Shown: positions 41,125 to 55,354 of the stretch, one piece after another | How the letters are laid out: every line of letters starts with the position of its first letter | How positions within the stretch are numbered: the stretch's first letter is position 1 | Origin: Octopus vulgaris | Taxonomy: Eukaryota | Assembly (NCBI GenBank): GCA_951406725.2 | Contig: OX597832.1 | Coordinates: 62,000,001-62,064,000 of the forward strand | DNA: 64,000 nt | Direction of reading: 5' to 3' | Translations under genes and position numbers: made by a program | The notes under the pieces: model-generated | Database searches by the model: none | What the model saw: only the letters and a program-made list of their open reading frames with translations | Told to the model about the DNA's origin: nothing

Positions 41125-41498
41125 GAGTAAAGATTGTTTGTCAATATAACATGGCAGTCCTGGTTTAGGACGAATGTTGCTGAAATTTAGCTCCAGGAAA
41201 CATCGTCTCCAGCTGGCTCTACGACACGATCTGTGTCCCTATATTTTCGAACAAGGTAATCTAGCACCCCCACTCAGTTCAAAACCATATCTGTGTATCG
41301 CGATTTCTGGCTTATTTCTCTTCATCAGCACAGAATAATTGTTCGGCTGGAGGTGCCGTATAGCCAGCTGGAGTCGATGTCTCCTGGGGCTAAATTACGG
41401 CAACATTCATCCTAAACCAGGACTGCCATGTCATGTTGGCAAAGTAGTGTTGCTGAATATCTCGCGTTATGAGATTTACGAATAATAATTTTCTAAGT
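41125..41498. mobile_element. Family H2 (Penelope-like) head-to-head inverted pair
   Basis: About 41138-41227 is an inverted repeat of about 41352-41443. Both halves match the copy at 50480-50725. Confidence 0.8.
41290..41334 (-). ncRNA. Hammerhead-like motif of repeat family H2
   Basis: UCUGUG-CUGAUGA-AGAGAAAUAAGCCA-GAAA-UCGCGA-UA-CACAGA: 6-bp stem I, palindromic helix III, AUA triplet. Stem II is decayed in this copy. Confidence 0.6.
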
Positions 41499-43139
41499 AA
41501 TTAATTGTTTGGAATTTCGGTACAACATCTACAGTTTTAGGGAGAGAGAGATTTTCCTTATTATTTCAAAGTCGATACTTAACTGATAGTTTATTTTATC
41601 GACCCCGAAAGGATGAAGAGCAAAGTTGATCCCTGTGGAATTTGAACAGAGTGCGTGATGAATCGGAAGAGATGCCACTCGACAATTTGTTTGACGCTCC
41701 GACGATTCTGCTACTTTGTCACCTTCTGAATAATTAATAATAATTTCTAATTCCCAATATATGCTTCAGGCCCTTAGATTTTGGAGGGAGGTGTTCATGG
41801 ATCCATTCGGCTAATCCTAACCCTAACCAGATCCGTTATAAAAAGCAGAAATATCATCAAACCCCGGTTTCTGCTTCGCACAAGAAAATTTGGTGTTTGT
41901 TGATATTAACTTAATCAGGAAATAGAAAAAAGCGTTGGCCAGGATTCTAACTTTAATCGTAACTCCTAACTTTAATCTTTATTCCGGTGATTAACGATGC
42001 TTTCTCTACATTAATCGTTATGATCAGATGAATAGAATAACTAAGTAGGTCTGCTGAGATACTTCGCTTTATTTCGTGACATAGAGAGGTTCTTGTTTTT
42101 TCTGCTACCTTTTCTGCTGCCGCTACTGCTGCTGCTGCTTCTGTTGTTGTGATTGTTACTATTGATGTCATTGTCGTTGATGCTGTTGTTGTTGCCGTTA
42201 CTGCAACAGCTACTGTACCTGCTGTTGTCGCTTCTGTTTTTCTTGTAGCTATTACTGTTGTTGTTGATCTTCTTCATGTTGCTGTTGCTGTTGCTGTTGC
42301 AGCTGCTACAGTTTCAATAAGTGCTGCTTTTGTAATATTAATTGTCGTTAATTTTTATTAACCCCAGGTCAGTCCTGACCTAGTAAACCTGTAGTCAGAG
42401 AAATCCTTCAACTGATTATACTATCTGTCTCAAACTAAATTTCCCTTTCTTTCAAAACTTAACTAGCGAATCCATGGCCACTCACCCGCAGATTAAGGCC
42501 ACTACAAATTAATTCACTTATCGTCTCATAAATAGAGACATGTTGGATTTTAGTTATTTCGTCCAGTTCTATAGTGTTAGATTTTAAATGTTTACTTTTT
42601 AAACTTTTAAATTAGCTTTGGTGACCTTTGAAACATGCGAAACCTGAACGCAATAGAATTGACTTCTCAAGTTCGGCCAAACCGAAGAGGAAAAGGCATG
42701 TTTAATCCCTCAACATCTAGATGTACATGGCGGCTTTTTTTGTCGATCCGATTAAAAGTATAAGCGAAAAGAAGGAATGTAAAAATTGTGTCTTAGAAAC
42801 GGTTTTGATCCTATGATGGAAGCATCGAAAAGACGAAATCATCTATTAATTTAATCGAAGAAAATGGCCGGCGCTTCTCGCTCTTCTCATGTCACCCCTG
42901 ACGGGAAGAATTAATGGTAGAAGTGCCGTATTTTGGGGCATAAATGATGCACACCAATTTCAGCAGCAGATGTTCAGGGAACACGTTTTTAGCGAATAAA
43001 AATATGTTGTGTTGATAAAAAATTTAGGCATATATTTCAGTATTTCCACAATGGAATAAAATATATAATATAATGATGAATACACATGCACTTGTATATG
43101 ACGAACGAAATGGATAATGATAATAATCTGTTCTAGTAA

Positions 43140-43344
43140 AAGTACACGGCTTGAGATTTGGCGGGAGGGGGGACTAGTCTATTACATTGACCCCAGTGTG
43201 ACGATGGTACTTAAATTATCGACCCCGAAAGGATGAAAGGCAAAGACGACCTGGGCGGAATTTGAACTCAGAGCGTAACAGTAGACAAAATACCGCTAGG
43301 CATTTCGCCCGGCGTGCTAACGTTTCTGCTAGCTTGCCGCCTTA
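43140..43344 (-). mobile_element. SINE family B
   Basis: Reverse complement AAGGCGGCAAGCTAGCAGAAACGTTAGCACGCCGGGCGAAATGC... Further B copies lie near 18423, 35300, 40850, 41520, 46190, 48245, 59765 and 62890. Confidence 0.85.
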
Positions 43345-45873
43345 TAAAGCATATAATATTAGCATCTGGGGGGTCCAAGCTTCGCATTTAGGACCCGGCT
43401 GGACTTTTTAAATACTTTGTTTGAGTTGCGGGAATGCATCTTTTATGCTGTGAAATATTGTATTTCTCTTGTAACCCAGAGGCCAAGTGAGAATTCATTT
43501 GAGTAAAACAAAGGCCACGTATTTGTCTTAATATGAGTAATAGACTTAATCCACCACCCGTGGTAATTAAAGACTCGAACTGAATTTTAGTCTCAAAAGT
43601 TTTAATCAGCACCCGGTTCCCATTGAAGACACTCGTCCAATGTGCTGCGGGAAAGGAGAATTGAACCCGAAACAGTATCGGTGCGAGGAAAACGTAACAA
43701 TACAATCGTGCCAACAGGTTTCGCTCTTCACGCAAGGAACGAACCTAATTAATTCATATTTCACACGCACACACAACACACACACACGCGTGCACGCACA
43801 AGCGCATACACTAACACGCGTGCCTTCACGCATACATACACACTCCCGAAAACATCTGAAGTTTACTGCAGCGGTCTATCTTGTATGACTGCAAGTATAT
43901 TTATCTCATTGAAAGACATGTAGAAAGTGGAGAGGAAATTTTCCTTTGGTTTTTGTTTGCAGACAAACAAGCTTGTTGGCAAACATACTTCAACAAACTG
44001 TCTATTTAGTTATTAGAATATTTCCTGGAACGATAATGCCAACCTGAGAACCAGAAATAAATTCTGAAATAAATCCGACTGTCTAGGAATATAAATTGAC
44101 AAATAATCGCACTGGCACCCAACATAAATAATCGATGGAGCAACTTGAAATTGGACACCGTTAGACAAGAGAGGAGAGGAATAATGCAACATTGGAAATA
44201 GCTTAACACATCATCTTTTCTGTCAGATCTATAATCTTGTTCTTCACATACTGCTGCCAACGAAACTAAATTATCAAATAATACGCCAGCTACTTTATAC
44301 ATTATGCAATATATCAACAAACATGTCTTTTTTTTAAGACATCTGACACCTCTGGCTTACAATATCAGTTTTCCTACAATCTGGGTATATGTATGTATCT
44401 ATGCAAGTACTCATGTATGTATAGGTGTGTATGCGTGTATTTACGTATGAGTATATATATATATATATATATGCATTTTAAAATTATGAGATTTAAGTGG
44501 GGGAGAATGAGGTCCTGCGGAAGAATTAAATGATATGATTGGCATAAATATGGCGTAAGTAATTCCAACAACGCCGTCTTCAACCTTGTATATGTTAATG
44601 AGAATTCAAATTTAGCACAATCGATTGATACAGCATCAGTACTTGATTGACAAATGTTTTAATCATTTTATTATATGATCTCTAACACAATAAAAGCGAA
44701 ATCAAAACTGAAAAAGACTCCGCAGCTTTTAAAGGGGCATAACTAATTAGCACAAAGCATTTTGTCCGATGATCTAACGATTCTGCTACATTTGTACCTA
44801 CGTTTATCAGAATAATACTGCTTTGTGAGAGACCAACAATCCCAAATGTTTTTAGTTTGTCTCGTAAACTTAATCCGCTCTAATATACTGTGCATATTAC
44901 TGGTGTATAGTTTTAACAATCTAGGAATTATGAAATAAACGAGTCGATTCAGAAGGGAGATAATCAATTGCAACAAGGCATGTTGTTCGCCATTTTAATG
45001 ATAATAAGGTGTCTGGCAATACGTCTTTCACGAAGCTCAGGAACCACAGGGTCGGAGCCCAGCCCGGTTTCCAAGGGAACAAAGTGATAGAAATTACAAC
45101 ACCTCCCACTTAACGGGATGTCTCTCCATCGCAGGTGTAACCTCCCGGCTATTGTTGGAACGTATTTACAGCTTAGCGGACTGATGCAAAATGAAGTGTT
45201 CTGTTCAAGTATAAAATGCAACGCCGCCATTTGGGAGCAGAACATGCGATCCTATACTCGTGATGCAAAACCCCAATCACGAGACCACAGTATGGTACCA
45301 GGATGGTGTCAGTCCCCTCGTTTAATAAAGTTTTTAACATAAACACGAGATCTGAAATTCGGAGAAAAACGCTAATTGATTATATTGACCGTAATATTTG
45401 ATTGATTATTTCTTTATCGATCCCCAATGGGTTAAACGTAAATTTGACGCTGGCGAAATTAGAACTTCAAACGTAAAGAGCTGGAACAGGGCCTGTGATT
45501 TGGCGGAGGACTGAGGTCTGTCACATCAACCAGTCAATTAGTACAGCATTATATCGATCATGTGGGGATGACAAGCAAAGATGATGTTGACAGATTTGTA
45601 TAAGTAATGGCGTTGCTTTGCAGTGTTTCTTCCGGCATTTTACATTTTGAGTTCAAATCCCCACGAGGTTAATTATGTCTCTCATCCTATGAGTTCGGTA
45701 AAATAATGTACTAGTCAATTATTGGACTCGACGGTACAGCTAACACTTGCTGGCTTCATGCCTAAATCATCACCCTTATTAACTCTGTTCTTGACTCGGA
45801 ATTCATCTGATCCTGGCAAAAATTATGTGGGTAACCCAAGATATCCATACGATGTCAATAATATTTTTGTCGC

Positions 45874-45950
45874 TTTGAGACCGCGACCTGTTCACTGACA
45901 AAATTCTGTGCTGCACGGAATTTTGTCAGTGAACAGGTCGCGGTCTCAAA
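45874..45950. repeat. 77-bp near-perfect palindrome or hairpin
   Basis: 38-nt arms TTTGAGACCGCGACCTGTTCACTGACAAAATTCTGTGC-T-GCACGGAATTTTGTCAGTGAACAGGTCGCGGTCTCAAA, with one T/G mismatch. Confidence 0.95.
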
Positions 45951-46072
45951 TTAACGAAAATATTTTGACAAATTAAATTTAAATGTTGAAGTGAATCTAA
46001 CGGATTTTCTGTTTCTTAAATGGCTTATAAACACCTTCCACGTTGCAATTATTATTATTATTATTGTTATTA

Positions 46073-46134
<62 letters not shown>

Positions 46135-47454
46135 CGAAAATTCACTGATTATTTTGTTGGGTATGATGGAAAGTGTCAGCTTTCGACAGTCCTTGGTAAA
46201 ATGCTAAGCAGCATATCGTCCACTATTACGTTTTGAGTTCAAATTCCGCCGAGGTCAACTATGTCTTTCATCCTTTCGGCGTTGATAAATTAAGTACCAG
46301 TTACACACTGGGGTCAGTGTAATCGATTTTCCCCATTCCTCGATCTTGCCGACCTTGTGCCAAAATTTTATACCATTATTATAATTTTTAGCCAAAAAAA
46401 CGATTTCGTGAAAATCTGCTACAGACAAGAAATGATGTGTTTTCCAGAGAAATTAAAATGAGATTCAGATTAAAAATGTTCACGAAGACAACCTTGAACA
46501 GAGGAAAATTAATTAAGGACATTAATACCAATTCTAGATTAATGAGAAAATAAAGTAACAAACTGAGGAAAAGATATCCTTCAAAGGGGTGTGTTAAACA
46601 TCCAATTACTGGTACTTCAGTAGGAAACCATATAAATATTGGTATGATTCAATAATAAAGATAAATTAAATATGGAGATATTCTATCGACGATCAAATAT
46701 TTTATTATATTACAATATTACATTAAATACTATGAATATAATATATAACATAACATAATATTGTTGCAGCTGTAAAACCTGCTCCGTGTAAGCATTCGAC
46801 TTGTTTGGGCACGCTTATGTTAAAAAAGCTATTTTAGAATGACTTTTTGCGGTCAAAACGCTAAAAATAACTGACCAACACAAAAAACCCAGCCAAGATT
46901 CAACCAAATCAAAAAAGAAATGCTAAGCAAACAAAGATGAACCATCCTACTCCCAATAAGTCCGCACACACACACACACATTCACGCGCACACACATACA
47001 CACACACACATTCACATGCCCCCTTTTACGTACACACACATATATTCACACACAGTTGAAACGTTGCTTGAATTATTTTGTCAGCGCATAATTTTCATAA
47101 TCCCACTACCAAGTACATCACCCCTTCCTTTCTCATTCATAAACACAAGATTATTATTATAGTAGATTATCGCGGTATCCATGGGAGCTATGAAAAAATG
47201 CAAAGCCATACCACCTGATCATTCTATACATCTGTGGAATTTTTCGCGCAATTCCACCCAGCCGTTTGACCATAAATTCCAACACAATTGCCCATGCCAA
47301 ATTAATATGTATAGATTTTTCTGATATACATTATCAAAGTTCCATTATGTACACAATCACTTCATGGTATTTGGTTCAGAAAATATAATATTATGATTTC
47401 TTATATTCCTAGTATTGAATGTAATATTGTAAAATAAATAAATCATTTATGTAA

Positions 47455-47826
47455 GCGCATGAGTGGCTATGTGATAAGAAGCTTGCTTACCAACCACATG
47501 GTTCCGGGTTCAGTCCCACTGCATGGCACCTTGGGCAAGTGTCTTCTACTATATCCTCGGGCGGACCAAAGCCTTGTGAGTAAATTTGGTAGACGGAAAC
47601 TGAAAGAAACCCGTCGTATATATATGTATATGTTTGTTCGTCTGTGTTTGTCCCCCCAACATCGCTTGACAACCGATGTGTTTACGTCACCGTCACTTAG
47701 CGGTTCCGCAAAATAGACTGATAGAATAAGTACTAGGCTTACAAAGAAAAAGTCCTGGGGTCAATTTGTTCGCCTAAAGTATGTGCTCCACCATGACCGC
47801 AGTCAAATGGCTAAAACAAATGAAAA
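47455..47826 (+). mobile_element. SINE family A
   Basis: Full head-to-tail match to the other copies. Confidence 0.85.
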
Positions 47827-48477
47827 GAAAATTAATTAATTAATATGATTATCTCAATAGAATATCTCTATATTTAATTTATCTTTAATGAAAAATATGT
47901 CATAAGAGTTAAGCAAATGAATAAGAAGAAACCTAGAAATACAAATTCTCAGGAATATGAGAATGAAACAAGCATTAACCCCACAAAATAAACAGAAAGG
48001 CTACGGTGGATTAATTGACGATTAATAAATAACTAATTTTGTAAAATAAAACAAGAACAAATTAGGTAAAAAGCAATAACTCTATTGCCATCCTTACAAT
48101 AATTTATCATTATGATATTCTTAGCTTGACATTTAATTAAATAATTATACGTGAAGGCTCTTCAAAAAGTCTCTCGGCAGTGAATTCAGCCTAGGAAATA
48201 CTCGCACGGCAGTAAAAAAGAAATTAAATTTTATATATTTATTTCTTTATTGCCCACAAGGGGCTAAGCATACAGAGGACAAATAATGATGAACAACGGG
48301 ATTAAATCAATTACATCGACCCCAATGCGTAACTGGTACTTATTTAATCGACCCCTGAAGCGACCTCGGCGAAATTTGAACTGAGAACGTAACGGCAAAC
48401 GAAATACGAAATACCGCTAAGCAAGTGTCTTCTAATATTCATCTATAGCTCGCCAACCTAAACTTTATATATATGTA

Positions 48478-48544
<67 letters not shown>

Positions 48545-49082
48545 TTATTATTATTATATATATTTTATTATATATATATATATATTTTATATTAAATTTT
48601 ATATATTGAAAATGAAGGACGACATTTTCAACGCCTCTTATAAAGTTTTTTAGTCTTGTAAAGTTTAATATATTCTTTTGTAGTCTTATACCATTTTACA
48701 TTACATTAAATTTATATTACAATATTACATTAAATACTAGGAATATAAGAAAATTGAACCCAGTACCATGTTGTTCGTAGGCAAGCTACTTACCACACAG
48801 CCACTCCTACGCCTCATGTTGACTATTATAGAACAGAAACCCCAACATTTAACAGATATACACACCGTACAATATTACCATACGTTATTATGTAGGGGTT
48901 CTTTTGATAGAAATTTAACAAAGCACTGCACTAATTAAAAGTAGTGTTGCTATGTGTAGGACAATGAAACATCGAGGTAAAACCGAAGCTGTTACTTTGG
49001 TTATTCCCTCTGTTTTACTTGTTCCTCTCATTCGACTGCCATGATGGAGCAACGCCTGTTCAATAAAAAGAAGAGATATATT

Positions 49083-49500
49083 GGTGTAGGAGTGGCTGTG
49101 TGGTAAGTAGCTTGCTTACCAACCACATGGTTCCGGGTTCAGTCTCGCTGCGTGGGACCTTGGGCAAGTGTTTTCTATAGCCTCGGGCCGACCAAAGCCT
49201 TGTGAGTGGATTTGGCAGACGGAAACTGAAAGAAGCCCGTCGTATATATGAAAATATATATATATGTGTGTGTGCGTGTATGTTTGTGTGTCTGTGTTTG
49301 TCCCCCTAGCATTGCTTGACAACCGATGCTGGTGTGTTTATGTCCCCGTCACTTAGCGGTTGGGCAAAAGAGACCGATAGAATAAGTACTGGGCTTACAA
49401 AGAATAAGTCCTGGGGTCGAGTTGCGCGACTAAAGTCGGTGCTCCAGCATGGCCGCAGTCAAATGACTGAAACAAGTAAAAGAGAGAGAGAGAGAGAGAG
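49083..49500 (+). mobile_element. SINE family A, well preserved
   Basis: GGTGTAGGAGTGGCTGTGTGGTAAG...GGTTCCGGGTTCAGTC...GTGCTCCAGCATGGCCGCAGTCAAATGACTGAAACAAGTAAAAGAGAG. Confidence 0.9.
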
Positions 49501-50451
49501 AGTATTAATAACGGTTTCATTTATTGCTACAAGGGACGCGGACGGGGATTTTACAAGGACGAGTGAAATATAAATAGAAAAAATGATTGTTTATAACGAT
49601 TACAAAAGACATGCGAGAAAAAGGAAAATTACACAAAGAAACGAACTGGCGGGAAAATCACTGACGGCCATTATAGAAACACCGTCCCAGCACACACACA
49701 CACATACAGACGCACGGGTAAACTCACACACGTACGTACTTACACATATCATACAAACGCAGATACCGGATTATGATGACTAGTAAGGACACGTATTCTC
49801 TTAGAACAGAGGTTTTCAGTCTCCAGCTGCTGTATTTACGGTGTAATTATTGAAACAATAATTGCATGAGAGATTAGCAGACAGCGAGTTACGTATGAAA
49901 GGAATTTTCCATTGTCTGTGTAAGCCATTTCCCAAGTAAGTTAGAAGTAAAATGTATCGGTGCCTTTAATCCTTAAATCTTCAAATCCTTTTTAATCAGC
50001 GTTAAACAGACGAAATATAGGATGTTGGTTTATCAAGGCAACTCAGTCATATTTTCTACAAAAGTCAGCTTCACCGACATCCAGGAATTCAAAGAGATTA
50101 TTATTATAGATTCCAGCTAGAGAGATCGATAGTGAACGTGATCCTGAAAAGCTAAAGACTCAAGCCTGGAAGAGGTCACTCGGCCTGTTAGAAATATCAG
50201 CTTAATGCCTCTTTAATCCATATAAAAACCTACTGATGTGAAAGTCGAACGACAAAACCACCGCTGCAAGCTATGTGTAGGCAGTTGATCACGCAGAAAT
50301 AGCAGCCAATTCTTCATCACATCATACATTACCGGTGTAAAAGGAGTGGGGTACGCTTGATAAAATACTTTGCCAGACACTAAAAATATATGGGGTTGCC
50401 TTGACCGGAACGCCTTTATTGTCGGTCAGACTGGTTATTGCTGGTATGAGC

Positions 50452-50725
50452 TTATTTACCTTCATCAGGACAGAAATAACACAGAAGTCGCGATACACAA
50501 ATATTGTTTTCAGCTGATTTCGTGTGCTAGATTCCCTTGTTCAAAAATATAAGTACACTGATTGTGTCGTATCGCCAGCTAGAGACGTTGTCTCTTGGGG
50601 CTAAGTTTACAGCAACATTCGTCCTAAACCAGGACCGCCATGTTATGTTGGCAAACAATCTTTACTACAAAGTACTGTTGCTGAATATCTCCCGTTGTGA
50701 GATTTAGAAATAGCAATTTTCTAAG
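50452..50725 (+). mobile_element. Family H2 copy with a short inverted 5' piece
   Basis: GAAGTCGCGATACACA...GCAACATTCGTCCTAAACCAGGACCGCCATG matches the 41.1-41.5 kb copies. 50452-50478 is the CTGATGA half in the opposite orientation. Confidence 0.7.
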
Positions 50726-51461
50726 GAAAAAGACGGTTTTCAATTCCCGGATCGTGTGATGTGTTGTGCTCTTGAGCTAAACGCTTCATTTCACGTAACT
50801 CCAGTCTACTCGGCTATAAACGAGTCACATTGAGACGGACCGGCGTTGAGATATCAGTCAGTTATACAACATAGGTACTGGGTAAGCGGCCTAATGCATC
50901 TCACTGCTCAAGAAAGAAACCACTTTAATATCTTGGAAGATGAATGAATATCACATATTCTCTTTCTCTTGATATACACATCGTTCTTTTTCACTGTTAA
51001 ACGCACACACAAAACAAAAAACGTATTAATAATAGTAAAGACAAAGAAAATGAAAATACAAGTGATTAAATAACATGTATTTATAGACAGAAATGCAAAT
51101 GTTGAATCAGCAGAGTATTAATTAAATCGTTTAATTCCGATATTCATCAGATATCTGCTGTAGTTTTTCTTTGCTAGGAAAAAAATTCAAGCAAGCAAAC
51201 AGCGCGACAAATTAAGTTTATTTTTATTTTTCATTTATTACAGTTTTATAACTGGTTGCTTTTAATTAATAGCAGCAAGGCTACACATATCTCGATAAAA
51301 TATTGATAAAAATATAGCTATTGGCATCAACACAAATCATTAATATAACTAGCTGTTGTAAACTTTATCTGAAAACAGGCGCTGATAGCATCTGCAGTTA
51401 AAAACAATATCTTGCTGTGTTAGAGCGATTAAGCTGTCAGCAAACATCCTACAAGGACGGC

Positions 51462-51525
51462 AGCGGAAGTCAGTCGCCGGAAGTCGTCCGCCGGAAGACA
51501 CCGTCAGACAGAAGCTCAGTTTTAA
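51462..51525 (+). promoter_or_regulatory. Candidate core promoter: three ETS-type CGGAAG sites and an Inr-like TCAGTT
   Basis: GCGGAAGT, CCGGAAGT and CCGGAAGA spaced 13-14 bp apart in a CpG-rich patch, with TCAGTT at 51516-51521, in otherwise unique AT-rich DNA. Confidence 0.4.
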
Positions 51526-52349
51526 AATATATAAAGTGAAGCAATATTCAAGCGAAAAACCTGAGTGCTAACAATATAGCGTGAAACAAAATCTACAAGA
51601 CTTAGGTGTACGTATTCGATAAATTCATTTATGTAATTACAACTTAGAACGATGAATAGATAGACAGATAGACAGATTGCTAGACACAGTGATATATAGA
51701 GCGTTAGGAATGTGTGAGAATGTGTGTGTGAAAGAGGGTGAGAGAGGGTGAGCGAGTGTGAGAGAGTGAAAGAGGTGTATTATATACATGTACATATATA
51801 CAGATATATGTATACATGTATATGTCTCGCTTGGCATATTGTACTTGCATATCTGTCTATTTCTATGTGTGTATGTATGTATGTATGTATATCTCTTCTA
51901 TTTTTTAATTATTATAAACCTTCCACTGATGAAGGAGCCGGTTTCCAACAAAGATACAATGCTCCATCTTTGGGATGTAGGTAACACAAACAAATTCACA
52001 TTTGGATCTTGAGAAAAGTATTGCATATTTTTACTGTTCCATTCACAGCTTGCATTTGTAATGTACGAAGTAACCGGTCGATTTCCTTTTCTGAAAATCC
52101 CAGGTTATCCAGATTCTCCTTTAAGCATTTGCTAACAAAGCCTAGTTTTCCAATCATTATTGGTATGTATGTATGTATTCATGTATGTATGCATGCATGT
52201 ATGTATGCATGTATGTATGTATGTATGTATGTATGTATGTATGTATGTATGTATGCATGTTCTCGTTGTCTTTTTAATTCAAATAAAATTTAACCGGCCC
52301 CCTACTTGGTAGAAAAGTTGAGAAGGAAAGCATTTTGTTTTGTTCATCA

Positions 52350-53640
52350 CTTTTTAAAACTTAAGAACATCTTGCAGACGTGTATGGTTTCAGATATCGT
52401 GATCATTTTTCGTGTATGAATTACGAATTTGCATTTTATCCACAAGAACCCAAGTTCAGTTGCACTTTGCTCCAGACGGGTCGGTATGTATCCATGTTCC
52501 TCCTACAATAATTATGAAGCTGAAAGAGTACCTTTGGTACGGGATTTGCAAACTCATTATTAATGGTTCTCTTGTATTTTTCCACATTGGTGTCCAGAGG
52601 GCAGCTGGCTGCCACAACAAACATACCCTTTCCTGATTATCCTACGCCTGATTTTCCTGATTATCCTGGCCAATTGTGTTTTAACTTGGCACCTCTTTTA
52701 ATTTTTAAGTTCCACCAATGGTATTTTGAGCAATGAATCTCAATATAGTCAGCTTCCTTTGTAGGTATGTACATTTTTGTTATTCTGTTCTAGAACGTTC
52801 TGCTCACTGCATCTTGCTCTATGGGAAAATAATATCTAGAATACATTCTCCCACATTTGGCAGGGATGTGGTTGATGTCTTCTGTTTTGCTCTTGCGCAA
52901 CCTTCTGTGGTTTGTGTTGTACGTCCCAAGTATCCTCGTAGTATCTTCTCAGTGAGCTGGTTCTATGTTTTTTTTGTTTGTTCTTCTGGTAAATAGATTT
53001 TATCAATGCTCCGTGGGTAGATATCTGTATCAGCTTAATTCATTCCTCCCCTCAAGTTCATTAGCTATTCTAATCATGTTGTTGATCTCATAGTCACAAA
53101 CTTAGGCAAGGTAGTAACCGGTCTCTTACCCCTGCTAAAGATATTATTTCAGTGTCGCAATACATGCTTTGTATGACATCAATACAGATTTGAGACAACG
53201 ACCACCATCCTTTCATGAGAAAACAGCCTGTCTATATCTCCATTGATGCTGAAGTGTCCTGTTACACTGACCAGCGTGCGATTTAGAACAGCTATCTCAT
53301 TGAGTTCTTGCAGTGGTCAGTTCAGATGACCAAACACAGGCGTGAAGAAGTGACACCGCAAAACTATTGCAAGCAACATGCATCTTGTGAGCTGAGAGAT
53401 CTGATGTCCATATTCACTTTACTCTCATGAAGTATTAATTCCTGGTCTTCTCGTTATATATGGGTCAATCACATCTGACATTCTCATCTCGTCCAAGCTA
53501 TCTGCTATTATCATCGCTCTGACCACTAAAGTTCTATATATTACTGTCGTAGAAATTCCACCGTCATTATTGCACGGTGATAGAGATCAGTGAGTGCCTG
53601 ACGGCATTCTATATATCAGGTACCATGTCTTGGTCTTTTC
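52350..53640 (-). mobile_element. Degenerate R4/Dong-like non-LTR retrotransposon: RT thumb, CCHC knuckle, RLE
   Basis: Minus strand, frameshifted: IWTSDLSAH...NSFAV; GHFSINGDIDRLF..KDGGRCLKS; EDINHIPAKCGRMYSRYYFP; KLKHNWP...VVAASCPLDTNV; IIIVGG; ELGF; VCKMFLSF*. Confidence 0.75.
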
Positions 53641-53993
53641 TTGATTCAAGTAAAATGACAACAAAAAAAAAACATGATAAAATCAAAAGATAATATTCTC
53701 TAGAACCCTTGCCCTCGGTTTAAGGCGGCGATGCCAAATCAGTTACTGCTTTCGAGTGCATACCTATTTATCATATGGACAATTGCTTTAATGATAAACT
53801 GAGGACCGAAAGCGCGGGTAAGCCTAACATTGCTGCTAACTAAATATATACGGTTATTTCCATGAACCAAACTCATCGCTGTTGTTCAATGTAAGAGTAT
53901 TACATTCAATTAGAGTACACCTCCGCAAAATCGTGACTTATAACGTTTGTAGGTTTGACCAAAATTCACAAGTAGTAAGCTTCGTTTTAGTAT

Positions 53994-54059
<66 letters not shown>

Positions 54060-54149
54060 GGCATTTATCTCCACGACCATCTCTGGCAAGATCTACTTAC
54101 TTGGCACCACTATTTACTGGTCCTCCTCCTGTTACAACGACGAATCTGC

Positions 54150-54727
54150 CTGTTGATCCGATCTACTGAATATCCCCCTCATAAAATTAACTTGCAAGTG
54201 GCTGAGCGCTCCACAGACACTTGTACCTTTAACGAAGTTCTCAGGGAGATTCAGAATGACACAGAGTGTGACAAGGCTGGCCTTTTCGAAATACTACTTT
54301 TTTTGCCAGCTGAGTGAACTGTAACAACAGGAAATAAAGTATCCTGATCAACAACACAACGCATCGCAAGGAATTGAACTCACGACCTTGCGATCATGAA
54401 CTGAATACCGATAATAACCACTAAGCCACTCGCCAGTTGATCCGATCAATGGACTGACCCGCTAGTAAAATTAACCTGCAAGTGGCTGAGCATTCCACAG
54501 ACACGTGTATCCTTAATGTAGTTCTGAGGGTGATTCAGCGTGAACCGAGTGTGACAAATCTAGCCCCTTTGAAATACAAGTACTACTCCTTTTTGCCAGC
54601 TGAGTGGACTGGAGCAACATGAAATAAAGTGTCTTGCTCAAGGACTCAACGCGTCGCCAGGAATTGAACTCACGACCTTACAATCGTGAGCCGAATACCA
54701 ATAATAACCACTAAACTACGCGCCTTC
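54150..54727 (-). mobile_element. Two tandem SINE family C units
   Basis: GTTGATCCGATC...GTGGCTGAGC..CCACAGACAC...GGAATTGAACTCACGACC occurs twice, about 285 bp apart. Confidence 0.85.
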
Positions 54728-55354
54728 GCGGAACCACTATCTGATAGTCTTCTGTGCGTGTAGCTACTTTTCCTTACACCATGGAATACATTAGTTTCGC
54801 CAGACATGGAGCGTAATCTTCACCATTAGCATGGAGCATCTCTTCGAATATTTTCTGTTTGAAGTCGGCCTGTGTGGATTCGTTACATCGGTCTCCATGC
54901 AACGTGCGAGTTGGTTCGTTTTAAAGCTGCATTCGAAGTACCCTGCGGTATACTTGGCCAACATTGTTATCTCGATATACACCAGTGCCTTTTTTAACAT
55001 TTCATGAATTACAAAGAGAGTTAAATTAAGCAGCAGACACTTAATAGTTTGTCCCAGTATGGCCGCAGCTAAATGACTGCAACTAAGGGAAATGAAGATA
55101 AAAGGAAAGTAGATAGCAACAAAGAGATATGAATAGATAGATAGATATACAGACAAGATACTTCAAGATACACACGTTCACACTCACATACACACATGCA
55201 CTGTGTGTGTACTTGTTTGTGCGTGCATACAGAGACAGATACGTGTTGATACACTGAATGAGAATGAGGCAGAATTTGATTGATTCACTAATCAATAAAA
55301 AAAATTGATAGATTAATATATTGAATGACAGAGGAGTAACTGTAAAAATCCCTA

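Noticed and set aside
41812-41829. Telomeric CCCTAA repeats
   Set aside because: Only two to three imperfect units.
51924-51975. CTGATGA-containing hammerhead candidate, related to 29640-29685
   Set aside because: No correctly placed GAAA box on the same strand. It is a different small repeat.
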